A stretch of 12,374 bases of DNA from the UHGV virus genome UHGV-0140723; one strand, written 5' to 3'. This document shows, piece after piece, positions 6,204 to 11,797 of this stretch. This DNA is from a virus. How positions within the stretch are numbered: position 1 is the first letter of the stretch; each line of letters opens with the position of its first letter. The translations under genes and the position numbers were made by a program. Below the pieces are notes generated by a model. That model made no database searches. It was not told the DNA's origin and saw nothing but the letters and a program-made list of their open reading frames with translations.

Positions 6204-6400
6204 CCCCACCTACCCCCACCTACCTGCACAATTCTAAAATGATTTTTCTTGCCCGACCTGAGCGGGGTCTGCACGTTTTGAAAATGAAAAAGCTCTTTGG
6301 AGATTACCTGCACAGTTTGAAAATGAATTTTCTCTTTGGAGTTCAAAATTTTCTCTACAGATTTCTCTACAGAACTCTACCTGCACAATTCTAAAATGAA
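6204..6400. repeat. cluster of short direct repeats in an ORF-free segment
   Basis: Four copies of CTGCAC(A/G)nTT(C/T)(T/G)AAAATGA starting at 6224, 6269, 6309 and 6382, two of them within a ~40-bp tandem unit (6268-6302 vs 6308-6342, 28/35 identical); tandem cccacctac x2 (6204-6222); tandem tttctctacag x2 (6351-6373). Confidence 0.6.
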
Positions 6401-6443
6401 AAAGCCCTCCTTACCTGAAAAATTTACCAGATAAGAAAGGCTT
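6391..6443 (-). terminator. intrinsic terminator-like long hairpin downstream of the macrodomain gene
   Basis: Sense RNA: AAGCCUUUCUUAUCUG / loop GUAAAUUUUU / CAGGUAAGGAGGGCUU gives a 16-bp stem with three G.U wobbles, followed by UUUCAUUUU. The wobbles would be C-A mismatches on the opposite strand. Confidence 0.5.
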
Positions 6444-6472
6444 AGGCTATTGTGAATATCCTACAGAGTTTC

Positions 6473-7258
6473 TTAGTTCTTTGCGTCTAAGAAGGTAACT
6501 TCTGGTGAAGAGAAGATTGCCTCGATATCCTCATCAGTTCTTGCATAGATATAAGCTTCTGCATCACTACCAAATGTTACAGCAATTCTGTGATTGCTCT
6601 TTGACAGGTGGGTAACTAGAGCGTTACTTAGAGACATCTTTTCAACCGGAGGGTTACTTTGATGTATCTTACCTTTTCTTCGTCTGAAGAGGGTAACTGC
6701 GTTATCTGTGAACACTGCTACACCTGCAAAGTATTCTGGTTCACAGTAGTTCTTCCAACCTGAGCGTAACTTGTGGTACATCTCGCCTTCATAGACATAC
6801 AGATAAACATCTACACTCTTCATCACCTGATTGATGATAACTGTGATGGCTTGAGGGTCAAGTCCACCGATACCTGCACCAATCATAGGTAAACCAACTT
6901 TCTTCAACTGATTAACTTCACAGTATCTGTTAAGCTGCTTCAAAGATGACTCTAAAGCACTGTATCGGGCATCTTTACCAGTCTTAAGCTGAGTGTAAAG
7001 GTTAGCTATACGGCCTTGTTCTAAACGTGCTACAGAGAAATTACCCAGTAAATTTTCACAGGGTTTGTGGCCTATACCACCTGCATATAGATAAACTTCT
7101 GTATCGGTCTCATATGCTTTTGGGTAAAGTTTAGAAATCTTGTCAGCGATACCTGCACCCATTAAATTCATACAGTTGCAACCGTGACCGATGATGTCAA
7201 ACTTACCTTTATCAAATGCGGCAAAGATATCACCATTGATTATTTTTACAATACCCAT
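6473..7258 (-). CDS. macrodomain protein, TARG1/OARD1/DarG-like N-terminal domain (~150 aa) plus unknown ~110-aa C-terminal domain
   Basis: 261-aa ORF; ATG 7256-7258 abuts the upstream stop (TAAATG) with RBS GGGAGAG. Motifs GDIF...GHGCNCMNLMGAGIA and LPMIGAGIGGLD match, from memory, the GDLF...HCISEDCRMGAGIA and MPRIGCGLD signature regions of human TARG1. Confidence 0.7.
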   Translation of the reverse strand: MGIVKIINGDIFAAFDKGKFDIIGHGCNCMNLMGAGIADKISKLYPKAYETDTEVYLYAGGIGHKPCENLLGNFSVARLEQGRIANLYTQLKTGKDARYSALESSLKQLNRYCEVNQLKKVGLPMIGAGIGGLDPQAITVIINQVMKSVDVYLYVYEGEMYHKLRSGWKNYCEPEYFAGVAVFTDNAVTLFRRRKGKIHQSNPPVEKMSLSNALVTHLSKSNHRIAVTFGSDAEAYIYARTDEDIEAIFSSPEVTFLDAKN

Positions 7259-7459
7259 TTAACATCTCTCCCAAGACTCTTTATCTTCTGAAGGTTTTAC
7301 ACGCTGTCCTTCGTGGTCTACCCAGATGCACCCACAACCTTCACAGATTACTGGCATTGCGTAGCCAGCTTTAAAGTCATCTTCAGTGATAAGACCTTTT
7401 AAGTCACCTGTATCACGTCCGAACATTTCGATAGAACAATCTTTACAGAAGTCAGCCAT
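7259..7459 (-). CDS. small Cys-rich protein (66 aa, CxxC...CEGCGC, zinc-ribbon-like)
   Basis: ATG 7457-7459 overlaps the TGA of the upstream gene (ATGGCTGA); RBS AAGAGG 9 nt upstream. The track ORF 7259..7537 begins at a GTG inside the upstream gene; I prefer the coupled ATG. Confidence 0.5.
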   Translation of the reverse strand: MADFCKDCSIEMFGRDTGDLKGLITEDDFKAGYAMPVICEGCGCIWVDHEGQRVKPSEDKESWERC

Positions 7460-7679
7460 GAATAATTGCCTCTTGAATGATGATACCTTTACCACAACGA
7501 CTTTTAAAGTCTTCCAATGGTTCAGAGATGAAGCCACGTAAGCAGTCAGTAAATACTAAGTTCTTCCTGTAAGCTATCACATCATTTGCTGTAAATGGGA
7601 TGACCTCATTTCGTCCAATGAACACTGCTGACCTGATAAGCTTTCGTGTCTTTTTATCTCTGGCTAGTATTACTTTCAT
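7452..7679 (-). CDS. hypothetical basic protein (75 aa)
   Basis: ATG 7677-7679 with RBS GAGAAGG 7 nt upstream; overlaps the end of the upstream gene by 26 nt in another frame. Confidence 0.55.
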   Translation of the reverse strand: MKVILARDKKTRKLIRSAVFIGRNEVIPFTANDVIAYRKNLVFTDCLRGFISEPLEDFKSRCGKGIIIQEAIIHG

Positions 7680-7980
7680 AGTTTACCTTCTCAGTTAGCT
7701 CATATAAATCAACATGCTCAATACTATCAATGTTGATATCAATCTTTTTGAAGCGTTCTATCACTTCGTTGTCAGTCATCCATATCAGACACCAATGATT
7801 CTGAATGGATTCTTCAAGAAGGTCAACACAATCTTTAAAAGTTTTTGTGTCACTTCTTGTTCCGACCACTGCAATTGTTCCATATAGCCACTTACCATTG
7901 CCGTAAGTTACTTGTGCTACACCAACCTCTTTATCTTTCTCGTAGTAAACGGCTACAAAATCTCTTCCATTAATCTGCAT
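7654..7980 (-). CDS. hypothetical protein (108 aa)
   Basis: ATG 7978-7980, 2 nt after the upstream stop; RBS GAGGAAG. Confidence 0.6.
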   Translation of the reverse strand: MQINGRDFVAVYYEKDKEVGVAQVTYGNGKWLYGTIAVVGTRSDTKTFKDCVDLLEESIQNHWCLIWMTDNEVIERFKKIDINIDSIEHVDLYELTEKVNYESNTSQR

Positions 7981-7982
7981 AG

Positions 7983-8252
7983 TTACTTCCTCGTTTTAAG
8001 AACTGCTAAGATTTCTTTAGAGTCTGGTAAGAACCATGTGTAGTGATTCTCTTTGATTTCTGGATGAGTGTCAACCTTTATTTTGCACTCTTTACCAACA
8101 TGCTTAAGCTGTGCTGTGACACCTTGCATAAAGATATGACACATCACATTATCCATAATGGTTGGTATGAAGTCAATTCGCATATAAGTTTCTTTTGGTC
8201 GCGGTAACAGTAAGTACCCTTCTACGTAAAAAGTATCTTCATTCTCTGTCAT
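7983..8252 (-). CDS. hypothetical protein (89 aa)
   Basis: ATG 8250-8252 overlaps the upstream stop (ATGA); RBS AGGAAA. Confidence 0.6.
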   Translation of the reverse strand: MTENEDTFYVEGYLLLPRPKETYMRIDFIPTIMDNVMCHIFMQGVTAQLKHVGKECKIKVDTHPEIKENHYTWFLPDSKEILAVLKTRK

Positions 8253-8518
8253 TGCTGTTTATTTCCTAATAAAATCATGTCAATAAGGTTGTTAGCTTTG
8301 ATTGTGCACTGGTAAAAGCCGTCACGATAGAACTCAAGGGCTGCTGCTACATTACTGCCTGTGTTGCCTTTGATGATATACCGTGATTCTTCTTGAGTGT
8401 ACTTGTCACTCTCACTTACTTGGGAGTTTTTGAATGTACTGCTCACTTTGTTCGTTGAACACCCTGACATAGTTATCAGTAACACAAACATTATAAAACT
8501 CTGGCTTAGTTTTTTCAT
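8249..8518 (-). CDS. putative lipoprotein (89 aa); o-spanin-like by architecture
   Basis: N-terminus MKKLSQSFIMFVLLITMSGC is a signal peptide with a lipobox-like MSGC; second Cys in the mature part. RBS AAGAGGT 8 nt upstream. Start lies 107 nt inside the 3' end of 8412..8759. Confidence 0.6.
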   Translation of the reverse strand: MKKLSQSFIMFVLLITMSGCSTNKVSSTFKNSQVSESDKYTQEESRYIIKGNTGSNVAAALEFYRDGFYQCTIKANNLIDMILLGNKQQ

Positions 8519-8759
8519 ATGTTAGTACCTCTTTTGTATGCTTATTCTTAGCAAGCACATCTTTCAAATCATTTTTGTAATTGGTGCTCAGTGTGACTAA
8601 CCCTTCCTGATAAGCATCTTTAGCAACACTTATGAGCTTTTGATTGTTTAGCTCAGTTTCAGCAACTTGATAGTCTCTGTAAGAGTATCCTCCCCAGACA
8701 CCTGCCCCAACTAAGAAAACAATTATGAAAGTAGCTTGACAGAACTCTTTAAATGTCAT
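8412..8759 (-). CDS. membrane-anchored protein (115 aa, N-terminal TM helix FIIVFLVGAGVWGG); i-spanin-like by architecture
   Basis: ATG 8757-8759 with strong RBS AGGAGA 7 nt upstream, immediately after the terminator at 8778..8799; single N-terminal hydrophobic helix then a charged domain. Confidence 0.6.
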   Translation of the reverse strand: MTFKEFCQATFIIVFLVGAGVWGGYSYRDYQVAETELNNQKLISVAKDAYQEGLVTLSTNYKNDLKDVLAKNKHTKEVLTYEKTKPEFYNVCVTDNYVRVFNEQSEQYIQKLPSK

Positions 8760-8777
8760 TTAACAATCTCCTGAAAT

Positions 8778-8799
8778 GAAAAAGGCTCCCGAAGGAGCC
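8778..8799 (-). terminator. rho-independent terminator
   Basis: Sense RNA GGCUCC-UUCG-GGAGCC, a perfect 6-bp GC stem with UUCG tetraloop, followed by UUUUUC. Lies 13 nt after the stop of CDS 8812..9276. Confidence 0.8.
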
Positions 8800-8811
8800 T
8801 GTATCTTAACC

Positions 8812-9276
8812 TTAACCGAGGACTTTAGCAAGGACATTTGCAGCCATCGAAGAAGCTTTTGCAGCAGCAGCTACCCCAGCTTTGACAGTGCTATCCTTGA
8901 TAGCAGATACCGTTGCAGCATCAGTAAAGAGATAAGTAGTTGTTTTAGAACCACTTGTAAAGGAAAGCATAAGAGCAGTTTCCAGATTGAAAGAGCGATA
9001 CGGAGCACCTTCTTTAACGATACCTTCAGCACCTAATTCTGAAGCCATCCCCATATCATAGATAGTCATCAGGTTTTCTTTGTGTGCTGTGGTTGAGCCA
9101 GAACCCTTTACGTGTTTCTTAACATTCAAAAGAGCACGATACTCTCGGATGTTACCGTCTGCTTTTACGTTGACAGCACGGAAGATTTTACCCTCAAAGT
9201 TGCTCTTGATAATGTTACGAACTACTTCAGATTTGTTTGCCGTAACGTCCAGTGCTACCGTAATGATATTGTTCAT
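8812..9276 (-). CDS. hypothetical protein (154 aa, Ala/Ser/Thr-rich C-terminus)
   Basis: ATG 9274-9276 with RBS GAGAG; last gene before the strong terminator. Confidence 0.7.
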   Translation of the reverse strand: MNNIITVALDVTANKSEVVRNIIKSNFEGKIFRAVNVKADGNIREYRALLNVKKHVKGSGSTTAHKENLMTIYDMGMASELGAEGIVKEGAPYRSFNLETALMLSFTSGSKTTTYLFTDAATVSAIKDSTVKAGVAAAAKASSMAANVLAKVLG

Positions 9277-9286
9277 AAGTTTTCTC

Positions 9287-9982
9287 TCAATGTTTAACTA
9301 ACATGGTTTTGATGTGTGGAAGGATTCTGCTCACCTTCTGCACATTCTTCTCTGTGTCTTCTATAAAACATACTATATTAAAGTAAGGCAGAATGCAAGA
9401 CTGAATCATCCTCACTTTCAAACTTTCTGCACTTATAGAGTTAGTTCCAAAACCACGCATAAAAAGCATGTAATCATGCTCTATGTAATGCCTTAAAAAC
9501 ATCTCAGTAGGGATTCTCTGAGATTCACCTCTAGCTGTCAAGAGTCCAATGGCAGCATGATTAGCAATTGCATCAATGATATTGAAAACATACGTCGGCT
9601 TTGCACTTACAGAGTCAAGCAAATTAGTGTACTGTGAAAATGACCCATCAATCAATTCCGTTGAGTAATCTTCGTGATTAAAATTTGTAAGAACACCATC
9701 AATGTCTGCTAAGATAAGGTTACCTTTTTCTACAAGGTCTTTATTGGCTATGACTAAGCTGTCACGCCTTACACCTATAGTTTGTCCAGTCTCTTTATCT
9801 ACAACATTCACAATTGGCTCTGATGTGTGAAACTCTTCAAGTGAACATATAACTTCTCTTGCAGTGTCTTCAAAATCCCTACACTGTTCTGGAGTCCATA
9901 CACAGGAATTAAGACCTAACTCATGAGGATGTAAGTCATAAGCATGACACAGTACTTCATCAGACTTTCTTAATTTTTTCAT
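9287..9982 (-). CDS. HAD-superfamily phosphatase-like protein (231 aa); resembles the 3'-phosphatase domain of T4 polynucleotide kinase/phosphatase but has no P-loop kinase domain
   Basis: HAD motif I LILADIDGVLT, motif II GLLTARGES and a C-terminal acidic motif FIEDTEKNVQKV parallel, from memory, the FDVDGTL, VVSGRES and AIDDRTQVV motifs of T4 Pnk. No GxxxxGK(S/T) anywhere. ATG 9980-9982 overlaps the upstream gene by 23 nt. Confidence 0.65.
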   Translation of the reverse strand: MKKLRKSDEVLCHAYDLHPHELGLNSCVWTPEQCRDFEDTAREVICSLEEFHTSEPIVNVVDKETGQTIGVRRDSLVIANKDLVEKGNLILADIDGVLTNFNHEDYSTELIDGSFSQYTNLLDSVSAKPTYVFNIIDAIANHAAIGLLTARGESQRIPTEMFLRHYIEHDYMLFMRGFGTNSISAESLKVRMIQSCILPYFNIVCFIEDTEKNVQKVSRILPHIKTMLVKH

Positions 9983-10508
9983 GATTTACCTTAGAAATGT
10001 TTGTTGCAAATTCACATTGAGCGATAACTTTCATGTTGTTATAGACATCTTGAGAATACTTCTTAGCTTTAGGGATTCTGTACGAATACCCAGCATTATA
10101 TGATGCTAAAACTTTTTGTAAAGTCTTCTTTGACTTTGGCTGACCATGTACCTTTGTCCAAAACTCAAGCTCTTTGTGCGTTTCCTTTGCAGCATAGTCA
10201 AAGTCTTTTAAGAGTTTCTTTTTAGCCACATTAGGACTAATTTTGTTACGCTTTACAACAGTCTTCAAGTGATTCTGGAAAATACCATAATCATGTGTCT
10301 TTTTATTCTCTACCTTCAGACCTAACTCTGACTCTTGTAAGGCTATAGCAGCTAGAGTGATACCCCAACCTTTGCCCATGTTATTCTCACCATACTGGTA
10401 AGCTTTTAACATGTTTACTTTTTGGCTAATTGATAGCTCTGGGCAGTCAACTGCATAAGATAAGTGTGCTGTAAACATTAAGCACAAACCTAGAATCAAT
10501 TTCTTCAT
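9960..10508 (-). CDS. exported lytic transglycosylase-like protein (SLT domain, 182 aa) with cleavable signal peptide
   Basis: N-terminus MKKLILGLCLMFTAHLSYA is a signal peptide. Family-1 lytic transglycosylase motifs ALQESELG (catalytic E-S), DYGIFQN and LASYNAGYSY. ATG 10506-10508 with RBS AGGAGAA. Confidence 0.8.
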   Translation of the reverse strand: MKKLILGLCLMFTAHLSYAVDCPELSISQKVNMLKAYQYGENNMGKGWGITLAAIALQESELGLKVENKKTHDYGIFQNHLKTVVKRNKISPNVAKKKLLKDFDYAAKETHKELEFWTKVHGQPKSKKTLQKVLASYNAGYSYRIPKAKKYSQDVYNNMKVIAQCEFATNISKVNHEKIKKV

Positions 10509-10539
10509 TGGTTCTCCTGTTTAGTTTATCGTGACAACA

Positions 10540-10568
10540 ATTATACAGCACTCTGCACAAAATACAAA
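10540..10568 (-). promoter_or_regulatory. sigma70-like promoter for the 9960..10508 unit
   Basis: Sense strand TTTGTA (10563-10568), 17 bp, consensus TATAAT (10540-10545), about 30 nt upstream of the ATG. Confidence 0.5.
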
Positions 10569-10591
10569 TAAAAAAGGCCGCCGGAGCAGCC
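10569..10591 (-). terminator. rho-independent terminator after rIIB
   Basis: Sense RNA GGCUGC-UCCG-GCGGCC (6-bp stem with one U.G wobble) followed by UUUUUUUAUUU; starts about 17 nt after the rIIB stop. Confidence 0.7.
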
Positions 10592-10608
10592 TTTTAAGAA
10601 ATTACTTA

Positions 10609-11718
10609 TTAGATTTCACGTTTACGTTGGGAGATAAGTTCTCCAGCAGTACCAACGATGACATGTAAAGCTTCAGTCTTGCCATCCCATGCTTTCAGCA
10701 CTTTACGTTGATTATCAACGATTGCTGCAACTTCATAACGAGACGAGCGCATCTTCATATCGTTGTAATCAGTTGGTACGGATACAACGTCTCGTGGATG
10801 GACACGAACCTTCAGAATTGTATCACCTGAGAAACAACGAACATAATCCCAAGCACCAACATGAAGACCTTGAGAGCAAGTCACGTTACGGTTATTATCA
10901 ACCATCCAACGTGGCATTTCTACAATGTTACCCAAATCATTAGGTACTCTGTAGGTGTGGGAGTCAACCAGCTTGCCTTCACGAGTAGATACTTTCTTCC
11001 AACCAATGATGTAGCCTTCTTCATCAATTTCAACATCAAGGTGAGATACGAAGCCCCAAAGTTGTTCTACGGAATCTTTAGATGGGTTTTCCATCAGTTT
11101 TTCGAAGAACATCACAAGGCGTTCGAAACCTTTATCTCCAGTCTTCATCATGTGAAGAATACGGTCAACCAGAGTAGAACGCATCTCAACAGCACCGTAG
11201 AATAGTTTGTCGCCTTTGATTGTGATAGCACCCTGAGTGAAGTTTTCGATAGACTTACGAATGTTCATCAGTTCAAAGGCTTTCTTAAACTCACCTTTCA
11301 CAACATGAACTACAATCTCTTGATAGTTCGGATGAGTAGATTCAACAATTTCAGACTCTGAACCATAAGTCATAATTACAGAGTCACCAGTAATCATGTA
11401 CTCAATCTTGTCATCTTTCTGCATAGCTTCATGCAGTTTATTTACTGGAGCTTTCTGTACAGCATCTTTAACAACCTTTTCAACTGGTTTGCCAGCTTTC
11501 TTTTTAAAAGTCTTAGCAACTTGTTTCAAAGTCTTCGTAGCTGGTGTAGAAGTTGCCTTCTTATTCCCTTTTAAGGTTGCTTCATGACGCTCTACAGCAC
11601 GACCGACTGAACGGGTTGAAGTATTAAATTTCTGTGCAATAGCTGTTTTAGTCAACTTACCTTCTTTAACCAGTTTGTAAATTTCTGCGTCAATCTGTGC
11701 TTTAGTTTTAGTAGTCAT
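10609..11718 (-). CDS. rIIB: rIIB protein (369 aa)
   Basis: Strong similarity by recollection to T4 rIIB across the C-terminal two thirds (LVDRIL, ENPS, EMPRWMVDNNRNVTCSQGLHV vs T4 KMPRTRVNDDDTQTCSRGLHV, VRVHPRDVVSVPTDYNDMKMR vs T4 VKVHPRDVVSIPIDYNDAKMR). N-terminal helix-turn-helix-like segment. ATG 11716-11718 with RBS GAGAGAG. Confidence 0.9.
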   Translation of the reverse strand: MTTKTKAQIDAEIYKLVKEGKLTKTAIAQKFNTSTRSVGRAVERHEATLKGNKKATSTPATKTLKQVAKTFKKKAGKPVEKVVKDAVQKAPVNKLHEAMQKDDKIEYMITGDSVIMTYGSESEIVESTHPNYQEIVVHVVKGEFKKAFELMNIRKSIENFTQGAITIKGDKLFYGAVEMRSTLVDRILHMMKTGDKGFERLVMFFEKLMENPSKDSVEQLWGFVSHLDVEIDEEGYIIGWKKVSTREGKLVDSHTYRVPNDLGNIVEMPRWMVDNNRNVTCSQGLHVGAWDYVRCFSGDTILKVRVHPRDVVSVPTDYNDMKMRSSRYEVAAIVDNQRKVLKAWDGKTEALHVIVGTAGELISQRKREI

Positions 11719-11792
11719 CTTATTACTCTCTCTTGTTAGTTAATAAATCATTTTGTGAGGATATTCTAAGGGGCTTCAAAGCCCCTTGTCAA
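11719..11792 (-). promoter_or_regulatory. rIIB promoter with hairpin in the spacer (family-2-like architecture)
   Basis: Sense strand: rIIA stop TAA, then -35 TTGACA (11787-11792), 18-bp spacer containing hairpin GGGGCTT/AAGCCCC (11770-11785), -10 TAGAAT (11763-11768). Confidence 0.55.
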
Positions 11793-11797
11793 ACACT

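Noticed and set aside
6194-6394. Plus-strand 66-aa ORF in the repeat-rich segment
   Set aside because: Its sequence is the translation of the direct repeats (repeating LH..KM units), there is no RBS, and it is the only plus-strand candidate in a window otherwise transcribed leftward. I treat the DNA repeats, not the peptide, as the feature.
2509-11587. Plus-strand ORFs from the track (2509..2790, 2807..3025, 4337..4555, 4943..5290, 5300..5524, 8776..9036, 9080..9301, 9112..9297, 9314..9496, 10689..10943, 10861..11205, 11396..11587)
   Set aside because: All lie antisense to minus-strand genes that have conserved RBS/start cassettes or recognisable domains. None has a convincing RBS or promoter, and products are low-complexity or Cys/Ser/Phe-rich as expected for antisense translation.
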